From: the human T2T-CHM13v2.0 reference genome, Homo sapiens
Length of the DNA stretch: 64,000 bases
Assembly: GCF_009914755.1 (NCBI RefSeq)
Contig: NC_060937.1
Direction: 5' to 3' (one strand)
Shown: piece after piece, positions 39,691 through 54,904 of the stretch
Layout of the letters: every line of letters starts with the position of its first letter
Numbering within the stretch: the first letter of the stretch is position 1
The notes under the pieces: generated by a model
What the model was told of the DNA's origin: nothing
Database searches by the model: none
The model's input: only the letters and a program-made list of their open reading frames with translations
Made by a program: the position numbers and the translations under genes

Positions 39691-40810
39691 TCAGCTATTG
39701 TTCGGAAAGTCAAGCTCCAACACCCTTCCCTTCCATTTGTGCAGAGACCTTTAAAATGTGAGTCTTGGTGGAAGGGAGGCCTCACTTCCCATTACAGAAG
39801 CTGAAATTGAGGCAGGAGAGTAGGGTCTGGAGGCAGGGAAACTAAGGCTGATTCACACTTACTTCCTAGAACTGAATCAAAAGGAAAACCCCACTTCTCC
39901 ACACCCAACTTACAAAGGGATAAGAGGCTACTAAACTTTGCACCGCCTCACAGATGAAAAATGGAAAGTACCTTTGATTGGTTCCCTCCTGCAACCAATC
40001 AGGCTGGTCATGGGGCAAGTCTTCACTTGTAACTTTGTAACTTCAGCCTCTGATTGGTCACCTATCACAACTAATCAGACTGGCTGTGGGCCACTCCTTC
40101 ATTTACATAGAGTGTAACTAAGTAACCAGTGGGAAACCTCTAAAGGATATTTAAACCCCAGAAAATTCTGTAACCAGTGCTCTTGAGTGGCTTGCTGGAG
40201 CCTGCTCCCACTCTGTGGAGTGTACGGGAGTGTACTTTCATTTCAATAGCTCTGTGATTTTGTTGCTTCATTGTTTTGTTGCTTTATTTGTGAATATTGC
40301 CCAATTCCTTGTTCAAAATATCAAGAACCTGGATGACTCAAAGTCAAGACACTCCACAGGTAACAAAAAGGCCAGACACTCCTTTCCCGTGGCCTCTGCT
40401 CCTGGAATATGTGTGCATTGCCTAGGCTTAAATATTCAAATGTTCCAGTGGTACAAAGCCAGGTGAGAAGTGCTTCTGGGTGCTAGTTTGAGAATAAGTG
40501 TGGAATCCAGCAAGGGCAGTGGCTAGTGTCAGAATCCTGGAGGCAAGAACAGGAGGTGTCTGGTGGTGGTGACACTGAGTTCTTACTGTCAGCAGTGGTG
40601 GTCACCAGAGGTGGCTTCCTGACAAAATGTGCCTGGTTCCCTGCTGTTCACTCTACTCTGGTCCTGCCCATTTTCTCAGCCTGGATTCTCTGGCCTTTTT
40701 GCTGATTGAGTTAATGACACAATATTCTTTCGGCAAATGCCTTTTCTGCTTCATTAAGTTAGTGATATTTGGTCTCCATTGCTTGTAACCAAGAGCCTTG
40801 ACCTTTACAA
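39690..40810 (+). mobile_element. ERVL LTR (LTR33/LTR16-like) split by MER51
   Basis: CACTTCCCATTACAGAAGCTGAAAT | AAAGGCCAGACACTCCTTTCC...TTGCTTGTAACCAAGAGCCTTGAC. Confidence 0.6.
39808..40365 (+). mobile_element. MER51 ERV1 solo LTR
   Basis: TGAGGCAGGAGAGTAGGGTCTGGAGGCAGGGAA...ACAGGTAACA; TG...CA ends. Confidence 0.85.
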
Positions 40811-42683
40811 GACTGATTCATGGATAACATTTGATTTCCATCTAGGGACAGGGAACCACAAAAAATTGAGAGATGTATAAAAAACTGTGTAGATTTTTTT
40901 TTTTTAGGGGTAGGGGGCATGATTGTTGTTTTGTTTACTCAACTGCTTTTTTTCACAGAAGAAACTAAAAAATATAAAAATGGAATGACTTCTATCAATA
41001 GAAAATACAGTCCTTTTCAGGAAGATTAATGTTTATCTGCAAAGAAAGATATTGTTGAATGTCTCTTGTGCCATCTGTTCCCAAAGTTCTCCCTTCTGTC
41101 TCACCTCCAGTGTGAGTTCTTTGCCTTTCTTTTCCTCATCTAGTTTTGCTACTGGATGGGGCTGGCCTGGGAGGAAAAGGGGAAGGAGAAGTGGGTGCTT
41201 CAAATCCTGCAGGGAAAGTGGGGAGAGAGACAAGGACTTCATTATTCAGACCTTTTCACATTGCGAGAGTTAATCTTTTCCTAGCATATGTCCGGTGTCT
41301 TAATATGCTAAAATAATGACTATCACCTTCTTAACTTCAAGTCACATCCTAGAAGGCCTCCATTGGATTACTTAAGCCTTCAGAGGCTGAGCAAGTTGAG
41401 CAAGATGGTCAGCGTAAAAAACCTGATGCTGTACAAATCTCGGAGAAAGAAGTATACCAGTCTAACTTGCTTATCCTTGTTTGGTGGTTCCACAAAGGGA
41501 ACGAGCAATCCTTGATCAAATGGACAAAATACCATGAGTGAGCTACTGTCAGATTTGCTAAGTACCTAGAATCTAGTTCTTAAAGGTGTGCTCGGAATAT
41601 TTTGGATTCTGTTTTGATTTTGGTGAAAATCCTCATAAAATCTGACAGATTGAAAGCAATGAACAGCTCAGCTTCATAAAAAATCATTTGCATGGAACTG
41701 GTGAAGGGCAAAGCATTGCCTGGTTGTCTTCAGCTCACTTCCAGTGCCAGGTGCCTGGGTGGGCTTGTTTATTCAGAAGAAATGAAACATAAATTGGCAG
41801 GATCCCTTTAATCCATTTAATTTTCTCTGGTGTGTACAGAATGGGGACAGGTGTGAAAAGTGATCTATTTTGTTGGAAAATTCAAGTCACATGACATCTC
41901 AATGATGGCAAAATAAGAAATAGCTGACATCATGTTTCTAAATATACAACATTTTGCAACAGCCACCTGGAGCAAAAACAGAAAGGTTGAGAAGGCAGAA
42001 TAATGACTTTTTGTCTCTGGAAGGCATCCATGTTCAACAGTCTGTCAGGAAGAGAGACAGGTGGGGCTGGCTCACCACCTGGGGTGAAGGCTGCTGCAGG
42101 ACTTTTATTAAAATTATTGCACAGGAGTGGAGAAGATAAACACTCAGTGGGTGCAATGGAACAGCCGGCCCATATGTCTGGCTAGAACTAAGGTCTTTCT
42201 CTAAAATAAACCTACCTAAGGTAGGACCATTGTTTTTGTTTGTTTGTTCTGTTTTGTTTTGTTTTTCCAAAAAAATCTTGTATACTAGTCAAACAGATCC
42301 CAGGACTTATAAATGCATTTAATATGCCTCTATGTCTTCAGTACCAATGTCTGGAGTTTATTATCTGGCTTTATCATTGCTTGAGGTATAATAGGCGAAG
42401 GAGAATATAAATTAAAATTGAGAATATCATCAGGAGGACAAGGAGGATATTGATTTAAGTGTCTCTGTGCTTTTCACACTGTGTCCCCTGTAGACCCTCA
42501 GAGTTAGAAGGCACTAAAGAGTGAACTAGTGGAGCCCTCTGGTATATGGTAAATCAAGGCCCAGAGAGGCAGTGTGACTTATTTAAAATCACACAGCTAG
42601 TAATGTCAGAGACAAAATTGGAACCGAAGTGTTCTGATTTTCAGTCCTTTGGTCTTTGTAACTAGAGAACACAGCTTCGTACT

Positions 42684-43161
42684 TGTATTAGTTTTACATA
42701 GCTGCCATAACAAATAACCATAAATCAAGTGGCTCAAAACAACCCACATTTATCCTCTTACTGTTCTGGAGCTCAGAGTCTGCAGTCATTCTCACTGGGC
42801 TAAAGTCAAGGTGTCAGCAGGGCTGGTTGCTCCCAGAAGCTCCAGGGAAGAATCCGTGTCTGTGCCTTTTCCAGCTTCCAGAGGCCTTTTGCAATCGTTG
42901 GTTAATGATCCCTTCCTCGTATCCCTCCAACTTCTTGCTTTTATCATCCCACCTCCTGACTCTGCTGCCCTCCTGCTGCCCTCTTCCAACTACCCTTGTG
43001 ATGACATTGGCCACAGCCAGCTAATCCGGGATAATCTCCCACTTCCAGATGCTTCATTTAATCACATCTGCACAGTTCCTCTCATCATGTAGGGTGACAT
43101 ATTCACAGGTTCCAGGGAGCAAGACGTGGACATCTCTGTAGGCCATTATTCTGCTCACCAT
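42684..43161 (-). mobile_element. MLT1C/D-like MaLR LTR
   Basis: TGTATTAGTTT..GCTGCCATAACAAATAACCATAAA...GGCCATTATTCTGCTCACCA. Confidence 0.85.
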
Positions 43162-43932
43162 ATCCCTTTGCCTTGCATTATCGCCTCTCCCATTCTCTGA
43201 AAACAAACAATATAGAAGGCAGAAGAGATTTCTGGAGCCTAAACCATGTAGTAACATTTATGTAACATTGGGGCCATTCTCTTCACTTGGCATGGCAGCT
43301 GTGCCACTCAGTCTCCCTGACCTCTGGATGAGCAGAAGGGCCGGTATCCCCACTATTTTACAGATTAGTAAAAGCAAAACATTTAAGATTTTGGTTCAGT
43401 TAGAGACTGGTTCAGTTAGAGTTCTTAAAGCATACCTGCTTGTACCAAGTAGTATTTAGTAGTAGTCAGTATTTACAATAGTATTTCAAAGTCCTTTGGT
43501 TCTTAATCATTTTATTAACGTTCAGACAGGAGGTTTCATTTGTTTCTTCAATTTTTTTTCTTTTATCTTTGTGGCAAGAGATAAGAGAACTCTTGCCTAA
43601 TATCTACTTGTTTGTTCGACTTCATGTCCCTGGCTGTGACAAAGGGCAGAGTGTGTGGTAATGAAAGCTTATTCATAATCTTAAATACGATGTAAGTGGC
43701 TGAATTGGAAAGGGAGATGCCCATTACCAAAGGCACTGGAGGGGAGAAGGCCTTATTAGTGCTGGAAGGTCGTCAGCGTGGAGAGTTCAGACACGTCTGT
43801 GCTATTCACATACAGTGTAAACTCATCACTCTTGGAATTTAATTCTTGAGAAATGATTGAAAGAGGTAGTAAAAATATTTACAACTTATATGAACTTTAC
43901 CAGTCTCCAAATATTCTGAACATTTGGCATTA

Positions 43933-44322
<390 letters not shown>

Positions 44323-45795
44323 TCAGTAAATGTTTGAATGTTTGCAGGGTGTTGAATGAATGAGTGAATCATTGGTGATTGTTTCTCTCTGAAAAATAAA
44401 TGAAGAATGTTTTCATTTGGGCTTGTATGTTTCCTCTACATTCAGTGATGACTGAAAGAGCCAATTAACTTTTAAAGTTGGGCTAAACAACCTAGGCCTG
44501 TGACTAGAAAGGGCTAGATTTGGTTTGTTTAGGAGACAAAATTGAGGGAAAAGATTTCTATGAACCTAATAGGGTCCTCGAGAATGTTTCAAATATTAGC
44601 AAAGAAATTTATCCTATCAATCCAATGTCTCAGTGACCAACTCTACACCTCCAGGCTTATATGCAATGGGGTGGAGGAGGCATTGCCAAGTTTAGAGGGG
44701 GTTGTGGAGCCCAGGGACAGTCATTGAGTCAGAACCAACAAATGTTCGAGCAACCCTCATGTCCCAGGCCTTTTTAAAGATATTATTTCATGAAATTCAA
44801 CAACTGTGTGAAATAGATGTTGCACCCATTTTACAGATTTAGAAAAGTTCGAGGAAGATTAAGTGACCTGATAAAGTGGAAGATTAAACTATTTCAAAGC
44901 GCCTGTTTTTCAACTCCAAATACTCTGCTGTTTTGACTTCACTGTGGCTTATTATTATACCAGAAATTTCTGTTGGGCAAAGGGACAGAGAAGACATCCA
45001 TGGAGTGTCTGAGAAGTGAGATCATAACTTTGATACATCTTTAAAACGTTTTAGGGTAACAAACTGACAGAGAGAGGATATGTTTAACTTTTGGTTTTGC
45101 AAAGGGACATGAAAGCAGGCACTCTAGATTCTGGTGCCTTGAATCTTGGGTCCACCGTTTACTCATGATGAGACTTTGAACAAGACCCTTCACCCTCTTT
45201 TGCTCCATCTCCTCATCTTTAGACCAGGCCCCTGTTGTTGATGATGAGGGTAAATAGGATAGTCTATGTGATGTGCTCAGTTCATGGCTCACAGGAAATG
45301 CTCCGGTAACTGCCTGAAATAATTACTTTGAGGCGGTCAAAGTCCTTTAAAAATGTTTATTCATTTTAATCAGAGGCAGTCTTCCTTTAAGCATCTTTCC
45401 TCTTTAAATAGTCTAAGATTCTGAAGTTGTAGATTATTATTTTGGGGATGAATAGACTTGTCCATCAAAATTTAATGCTTTTGTATATAAAAATTTTCAC
45501 TCAAATTCTAATCTCTCTATAAAACTTTAATGTTATTGCTCTTTCTCTGCAACATTTTCAAAGCATCCTACTTTGGGAATAACTTTAATTTATGCGCCAT
45601 CATCCTCTTCTGGACCACACATAAAGAGAGAAGTTGCATGCTAATTATGATTATTCCATAATGAAATGAGCTAAATAACAACATGCCATCATTCTATTCT
45701 ACCACACACTAATCATAGCTCAATTATTAACAAACTCAACTGTGACAGCAGAGGCAGCGTGATGGGGACACTGGCCCAGCAATGCCACTAACTAG

Positions 45796-46192
<397 letters not shown>

Positions 46193-46589
46193 TAAATCCA
46201 ACTGAGAATGATTCAGGCCATGAGGAAATATATACCTGGAAAATGACCCTCCAGATGGTAAACCTAAATAAAATCCTTTGCTCCATAATGGAAGTAGACA
46301 AGGCAACTGGCTTGTCTGGTTTAAGTGCCTCACTTCTGTTTAGAGCCATATATTCAGGTTGATTCCCTTCCAACTATTTCTCCTGCTTTGTGTTAACTAA
46401 CCATGGGAAACATTGAACTTGGAGATAGGATCCCATTTTTATTTTAATGTTATCCAGTGCATGGAGTAAGGATCTTGAAAGTCCACCTGTGCTTTTGGTA
46501 TTGAAAATGCAACAGCGGATTAAGATTTACCCGGCGTCTTCCAAAAGGCCACAAGATGGGGATGTTACTCCATACACTTAGATCTTTTC

Positions 46590-47100
46590 AGTCATTCTAC
46601 AAATAATTATTGAGCACCTACTATGTGCCTGGCATTGTGCCACGCTTTGGTAATACAGTGATGAATAAAACAAACCTTGCTAATGGAGGTTATGGAGTCT
46701 CATAGAGAAGGCAGATGTTTGAAGGTGGATTTATTAGCATACTTACTACTGCGATGACAAAAATAGAGGGGGCCACAGGGTGCATAGTAGGGACCCAAAA
46801 GCCAGTTTGGGGAGGGCCTGGAGAGAACTCATGGAAGATTCCCTAAAGGAAACAATATGTAAGCTGAGACCTGCAGAATGACGAAGCATTACCCAGGAGT
46901 AGCTATAATCTAGGCAGAGGAGTGGCATGCCCAGAGACCCAGCAGGGAAAGCAAACTTGGTCCTTTAAATAAACTGAAAAATGTTAAACTTTTCATTTAA
47001 CTTTTCAGAAGCCTATGAGTAGACAATGGTAAAGAGTTGAGGCTGGGCCAAACCAAGAAGGGACTTGAAGGCCACATAACAATCCTTAGGACAGTGGTAA
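46590..47100 (-). mobile_element. L2 3' end
   Basis: TATTGAGCACCTACTATGTGCCTGGCATTGTGC...AAGCTGAGACCTG. Confidence 0.75.
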
Positions 47101-48539
47101 GGCGAGTCCTCTTTCACTCACTTGCCTACTTGAAAGGTCTTTCTTACCCTCCTCCAACCAGCATGATCCCAATTCACCTCAGGTTTCAAGGCTCGGGGGC
47201 CCTCTAGGAAATGGGCACTGATCCACCAAGCCTGGGTTAGGAGCCTCTCCTGGGGGTGCCGTTGCATGTTATATGTTCCCCGTCAATCACTCATGGAGCA
47301 ACTGTCACTTACAGACGGGACGTGGGCTCAGCTGACAGGTTTGAGTCCTGCTTTTTGGCTCGGTGGCCTTGGGCAGATTCCTGGCATCAGTTTCCTGAAG
47401 CTAATCATAGCAGCCCTCTGAGAGGGTTTTGTGAAACAACTTGAAAGTGTTTACTATATTGCTGGGCACATAGTATGTGTTTCATAAATGTTAGCTATTG
47501 ATTTTGATTATCCTAAGCGTTAACTACTGATATCCGTTATCCTGGATTGCAGCTTCTTAATCACTTGTCTGCTTCTCCTATTGTATCCAAAGATTCTTGA
47601 AGACAGGGACCTTATTTTATTGTATTATTTCAGTTCCCACTCCTACCACCATGCCTGGAGTAAAGGAAGTTTTGATCAATAGTTACCCAATAAATGAGCA
47701 TACTCAGCATATTCAAACAGTTTAAACAATTAGCTCCCAGGTGATACAGCTGAAGATACAGCTGCTAGAGAAGCGCTTCCGTGGTCTGTCCTGTCAGGGA
47801 ACTGGCAGATGGGATCTCCCTGAAGGCAAAAAGCACCCCTGACTCAATTTTAATATCCTCACTTTATTTTTCAAAGTTTTTGTTGACAATCCTTATTTTA
47901 ATCAATGTTCATTGCTTTCTGAATTTGAGTGGTTTTATGAAACTCACTTAATCTTAAAAACTTTAACTCAGTGAGAGTATTCATATTTTTATCTTAATCC
48001 ATTTTAGGTAATTTAGAAACGTGTTTAGTAGTATATAAATTCCCTTTTACTTGAATTTTAGAAAACTGAGCCATAGATAGTTTATTTAAATTAATATAAT
48101 CACTTAGACATTTGGGAACAATGTGACTAGCAATTTATTTTAGAATTTCTAACACATGAGAAGGTATTGAACTGACCTCCAAAAATGTGTACATTTTGTC
48201 GTAGTTGAACGAGCATGGGATTATAAAGGAGAGGTTGGAATCTACTCTTGGGTTTGCCTTAAATAAGCTTTGCAGCATTGGGAAGTCGATTTTCTTTTAT
48301 GAACCTCTATCTTATCTCTGAACTTGGCCAGATCGAGCTAGATTTCAGCTAATGTTCTCTCTGAGCTCCCAAATCCCATGGTTTGCTCTCTTTCTGTTCA
48401 GATGATAAACCAGTGCGCTTTTCGCAAAAAAGCCTGGTGTCTATATAAATGCAGTGGATGAAAAGCAGACACTGATTTCTTTTTTCACTATAACACTTTT
48501 ATTGCAATTTTGCTTTCCTGGGGAGGAGGCAAGATAACA

Positions 48540-48775
48540 GCTGAAAGCTACTATTTATTGATGGCTTACTAAATCAGGCTAAGTGCTTACATGCATTATC
48601 CAATTGGATTCATAGGAACTTCATGATATAGGTAGTATTATTAGCAGCCACATTTTTACCTGTGAGAAGGCTGAGGTTCAGAGAGGTTGAGTGACTTAGC
48701 CAAAGTCACACAGCATTAAGGAGTAGAGGTAAGCTGATTATGCGGCCCACTGTCTTAGCCATTATGCTGTATTGA
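48540..48775 (-). mobile_element. MIR
   Basis: GAGAAGGCTGAGGTTCAGAGAGGTTGAGTGACTTAGCCAAAGTCACACAG core. Confidence 0.8.
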
Positions 48776-51185
48776 CTGTTTCTTATAGAGGGTCTACTCT
48801 TTGTCAGGCTCTGTGGCAGGCATTCCACAGACATTCTTTCATTAAATGATCACAGTGCTCCTATGGAGAGAATCTCATTAACTGCATGCATTTTCTTTGT
48901 AAAAGCGGTAAGAAATGATAGGACCAAGGTATATTAAGGAGAATTAGAGCTCACAAACATAAACAGGAAGAACCTGACACTTTGATATGGAAGCTGTTTA
49001 AGGAATATGAATGTCATTCTACAGGCTATAGCTTTCCTCTGACTTAGACTGTTTGTCATTATAAAGCCAGCCACTACTTTGTCTGATGTTTTTTTATTCT
49101 GGCATTAATAAAAATGAAAAGCTTTTATTATGTTATTACATAGTAGTTTATATAATAAACATTGTATTATGATGGATTATAAACATTTTATAATAGATTA
49201 TAATAAAATAAGTTTATATATAATATATAATATATGGTGCTTTGAATTTTTTAAATTCCGAGATTAAAAAGAAAATGAAAAGGTTTTATTATTATATAAT
49301 ATAGTTTATATAATATATGAATATGTTGTTAGATTATAAACATTTCACTATAATGGATTATAATAAGTTTATATTAAATATATTTCTAAATATAGTTTAT
49401 TACAATATTATATAATATAGGCTATTATAGCCTCTGCCCTCAAGAAATTCAGGTTTCTACTCAGGACTGTGAGATCTTGTCAAGTTAGTAACTTCTCTGA
49501 CTCTGAGCTTTCCATATCTACAGCTATACCATGAGTGTAATTCCTGCCTGTAGGGCTGTTGTGATTATTAGGGGCAATATATGCATCTGTAACAATGCCA
49601 AAAATATATAAGATGCTCAATAAGTAGTAACTGCAGTTATTTTTATTATTGTTCTGTATTATTATTGTTCCTGATCCCACTAGAACTTTTTGATATCAAG
49701 GGACGTGTCTTTGTACAGTGATTTTCAGATAACAAGCATACAAAAATATTTTTAAATAAAATAATTTGAGTGATATCCAGTGGTTATACATCGTTTTCAC
49801 TGACAGGACTAGTTAGGAGGGACCAATTACAGTTTCCACAAGAACCCATGAGATTAACGAGCTTTGGAAATGAGCTCTGGAAATGGATGTGAAGTGCGTG
49901 TACCTTAAAGGTCAGAGGAGGAGGGATGGTGAGGATTTGATGATGGGCTGGAAATGGTGAGGGGTGGAAGAGGGAACGATTCAAGGATCACTGAGCTTTC
50001 CAGCTTGAATGGTTGGGTCAGGAAAAATGTGATGAGGAGCAGGTATGGGGTAGAAAGGAATTCGAATAGTTCAGTTTGGGACATGTTGAGTTTGAGGTGT
50101 GTGGTAGGCAGCTGGACACATGCATCTGAAGAGATGGAATGTAGCGGGTCTCCAAGGCTCTGAGAGTGTGAGAGTGCACACAGGATGTTCAGAGCTGTTG
50201 GCAGGTTCATTCAGAATAGATTTGCTGAAAAAAACTGACCAAGAAATTGTCTATAATTTCCATACCAGCTTCCATGAGCTTATCTGCTGCTTGGTTTCTT
50301 CTGTCATCTGTCAAAACCTTTTCTTTGTTTATTCATTTTTGGCCTTTCCTACTTTTTTCAATTCCATGTTGCATTTTAACATTGGCCTTTAAAGCTTCAA
50401 GAAAACCCTGTCAGTTCATAATGTGAAAATTTCAGGCAAGCATAAAAGGGGATGAGTGTGTGAATTTTCAGAAGGTTTAGAAGTGATTTCTTAGCACTTA
50501 TCGTTATCATAATCTTTTGGTACATATGAGAACTCTAGGTTGTATTTTAGCATAGGTCCCTATAAATTTCTTCCCATCCCAAATACATTAGACCTAGTTT
50601 ACTACTTTGATGTGAAATTCAGTGCTTTATTTTCTTATGTTTATTGTCTGCAGAAACACATTAAACCAAAAAAATGACATATGGAGATTAAAAACTCATC
50701 TGATAACATAAATCTCAGTGACTAGACACAATAGAACAATTGTATTATTGCTATCATAAATGAAATTACTCAGTAATATAAATTATGAATTTCCTTTTCT
50801 AATGTTCTTAAAGATTATATCATTTCCTTGCCCGTTTCCTGAAGCAAAATAGGCTAGCTAATTTTATCCTCAGTCATTTCCAGGCAAACAACTGTACTAC
50901 ATTAGCAACTCTATGCTTGGATACTCAGCTCAAGACCTGCTCTCTGCCTCTGCAAACCTTTCTTCCATTCACTCCCACGAAGTTTTACAAGGCCAATTTT
51001 GAAGCTTCAAAGTCTTAGGGGAAAAATAAAAACAAACAAAAACTAAAACAAAAAACTTCCAAGACTTAAAGTATCACTAATACTTTTACAATCTACTTCC
51101 CCACAGCTACCAAAATAAAAAAGAAATAAATAAAAAATTAAATAACTAACAATTACATCAATTATATTGACTTTTAGGAAACCTC

Positions 51186-51696
51186 TCTATTAGATTCCTA
51201 TTGTTGCTGGAACAAATTACCAACAAACTTAGCGGTTTAAATCTACATATCGCTTATCTTTTACAGTTCTGGAGTGTAGAAGTCCGCGCTGATTTTGAGC
51301 TAAAACCAAGGTGTTGGCAGGGTTCTGTTCCTTTTTGGAGACTCTAGGACAGAATCTGTTTTCTTGCCTTTCCCAGCTTCCAGAGATGGCCTGCATTTCT
51401 GGGCTCATGGCCCCTTCCATCTTCAGAGCCAGCCATGGCTTAAGTCTTTCGCATATTGCATCACTCTGACACTAACTTTTCTTTTCCCCTTCTCTTCCAC
51501 TTATAAGGAACCTTGTGATTATATTGGGACTGCCTGGATACTCCAGAACAATCTTTCCCATTCAAGATCAGTTGATTAGCAAACTTGATTCCGTCTGCTG
51601 CCTCAATTCCCCTTTATCGTGTAATATAAAACCTATTTATAGGTTCTGAGGATTAGGACATAGAATCTTTGGGGCATTGTTATTCTGTCTGACACA
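51186..51696 (-). mobile_element. MLT1C/D-like MaLR LTR
   Basis: TTGCTGGAACAAATTACCAACAAACTTAGCGG...GAGGATTAGGACATAG. Confidence 0.83.
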
Positions 51697-51954
51697 CTTC
51701 TTACCATATTAAACACATATTATGACATATTAATAGTCAATCTGATATGTTTATATAAAAGACAACAGGATTCTAATATAGTCAAATTTTATGTAATTGT
51801 GCTGAAAAGTAACCTAATAAATGTTAAGTGCAGCATTTTGGATGTAAGGTGCCCATTGAGAAATAGAGTACTAAACTTAGGTGACACTATGGTGTGAGGG
51901 AGGTAGGAAAGGGTCAGAAAAGACGAATTAGTGAGTCATTGTGGGTTGCTCTAG

Positions 51955-52165
51955 GCAAGACTATTCCATATAACTTTCTGAGATGATGAGGGCGTTCTAT
52001 AACTGCACCGTCCAATAAGGTAACTATTAGCTACAGGCTGTTATTGCGCCTCTGATATGTGGCTAGTGCAAATGGGGAACTGAATTTTTAATTTTATTTA
52101 AATTTTATTTAATTTAAATCTCAACAGCCACATGGTGCTAGTGGCTACTGTATTGCACAGCACAA
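51955..52165. mobile_element. MER3 (hAT-Charlie)
   Basis: AACTTTCTGAGATGATG..TGTGGCTAGTGC..AACTGAATTTTTAATTTTATTT..GTGGCTACTGTATTG; flanked by CTCTAG-type target. Confidence 0.8.
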
Positions 52166-52274
52166 CTCTAGAATCAAGACCATGGTAGATCAACTCTGAA
52201 TACCACCTTACATTTTAATTCTCTAAATGGAAAGGTGTGTGTATAGGTGTGCACATACAGATGTGCACGCATTA

Positions 52275-52613
<339 letters not shown>

Positions 52614-53549
52614 TTACTTTATAATATATGACACTTAAGATAACTGTTTAAACAAAATTTAGTAAGATGTTTTATCTTTGTTATGAAAAATGATATTAAC
52701 ATATTTTTAGATGGAATTTAATGGTCATTTTGGTTCATGCTGATCAACCAAAGCTACTCCCTCATGGGAAAATAGGGGCTAAATAAGAGTCAATAACTGT
52801 TTCAGTTTCTTAGGGCATGAGAATATTCATTCGTTAGTTCAGCAAACATCATTGGCGCTCTAAGTCCATGGCATTGTTGTAGGCTCTGTGATGAGCAAAG
52901 ATAAAGCACAGTACCTACCCCCAGGATGCTTACACTGCGAGGAGGGATAGAGCTTCATCTTCCTGTCCATCACATTCTTGCATCATTCTGGCTCACCTGA
53001 ATGTCCCAATGGACCACTCACTTGACTCTCAGGCCTCGCAATTCCTTGACCATCTCATACTCAGACCTTTACTTTCAGTAGGATCCGGCCAGTTGTCTCC
53101 TCTCGGGGGCTATTTCGAGGGTCTATCATCATCAAGAGTCACTCCATCTTCAAATCAGGATATCCTGTTCACAACCTACACCCTCTCGTTCCCTCTGTCC
53201 CTGTTCTTGTACCCTCCATGGCTCCAGTTCTCTCAGTCCCGTGCTTTCCTCTGCCCATCAGGCTTTGATGGTTTGTACTTTCTTTCCTTGCTTTTGTTTA
53301 CCTCCTGACCTTGAACATGTTCTTCTATCTACTTAAATGACCTTCAACTGTCACTTGAATGTTTATCTGCTCAAGCTAAACGCATGGCTAATAGGAGCAC
53401 TGTGGTATAAAGAGCCCTGAATTTGGACTCAGAAGTCCTGGAGCTCAAATCTCAGTTTGGCCTTTTACTGGCTTGAGGGTTTTTAAAAATAAGTGTAAAT
53501 TATTTAACCTGTTTGAATCTTAGCTAACTTCTCTGCAAATTGGGGGGAA

Positions 53550-54660
53550 CTTTTTGTTTTGTTTTCATTTTTTATTTTGAAATAATTTTAGACTACCAAA
53601 AAGTTACGAAAGTAGAACAGATAATTTCTTTGTATCCTATTCTCAGCTTCCCCTGATGTTAGCATCTTATGTAAACATAATGCATTATCAAAACCTGAAA
53701 ACTGGCACAGTATAATATAGTGCTATGAACTAAACTATACACCTAATTCCAATTTCACCTGTTTTTTATGTGCAAACATGTTTGGGAGGGGGTTATATAG
53801 TTCTGTAAAACTTTATCACACGTGTAGATTCATGTAACTTCCACCATAGTCAGGACGCATAACTGCTATGGACTGAATGTTTGTGTCCTCCCAAACCCAC
53901 CAAATGCATCTGTTGAAGCCCTAATCTCCAGTGTGATGGTGTTTGGAGATGAGGCCTTTGGGATGTGATTAGATTATGAGGGTGGAGCCCTCATGATGGG
54001 ATTAGTGCCCTTATAAGAAGAGACAGAAAAGGGTTTGCTTCCTCTCTCTGTCTGTCTCTATGCCTGCCGTGTGAGGATACAAACAGGAGGCAGGACCTCA
54101 CCCAACAGTGGACCTGCTAGCTCCTAGATCTCGAACTTCCCAGCTTCCAGAAATGTGAGAAGTAAATGTTTGTGGTTTAAGCCACCCAATCTTTTGTGTT
54201 TTTGTTAAAGCAGCCCTAAGACAGCAACTGTTCCATCACCACAAAGAAACTCCATAAAACTTCTTTTATATTCACACTTTCTTCCCAATCCTGACCTTGA
54301 ATGACCACTAATCTCTCATCATTCTAATTGTGTCATTTTGAGAATGTTTTATAAGTGGGATCATACAGGATATATTTTGATTTGCTCTTTTCACTTACCA
54401 CCTTGCCTTTGAGATCCATCCAAGTTGATGTTTGTGTCCATTTTTATTCCTTTCTGTTGCTGAGTAGTACCCCATTGTGTGGATGTTCCAGTTTGTTTAC
54501 ACATTCATGCTCTCAAGGATGTACATGTGAGTTACTTCTAACTTTTGGCAACTACATAAAAAGCTGCTGTGAATATTTGTGCACAGGTTTGTGGGCAAAT
54601 GTAACTTTTTGTTTCTCTAAAATAAATACCCAGGCATGTAATTGATGGGTCATGTGTGTT
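53550..54660 (-). mobile_element. Old L1 (L1MC/ME) 3' end with a nested MLT1A
   Basis: TTTTATTTTGAAATAATTTTAGACT...GAGATCCATCCAAGTTG...CTGCTGTGAATATTTGTG. Confidence 0.75.
53864..54223 (+). mobile_element. MLT1A/MLT1A0 LTR
   Basis: TGCTATGGACTGAATGTTTGTGTCC...GCAGCCCTAAGACA. Confidence 0.87.
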
Positions 54661-54904
54661 ATAATGGAAGTAACTGAGTAACAACCAACTATATACCTTA
54701 AAATGACCCTGCAAAAATATTGGAACTCTGTGAAGTCAGATTAATTGTATTTTGTAGCAGTCCAATCCAGGAGAGAATATGGACATGGAAAATGAAAGAA
54801 ACTTGAAAATGAGTGTTTAAAATTGCATAATTTTTGTTAGTTTGCTTTTCCCACTTCACTGAAATAATGAAATATTTCTCACCTTTCCTTTAAGGGTTAT
54901 TAAA

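Noticed and set aside
41955-41975. CTCF-like motif (reverse complement GCTCCAGGTGGCTG), and AGGGGGCACC at ~59744
   Set aside because: Only partial matches to the core; not supportable without ChIP data.
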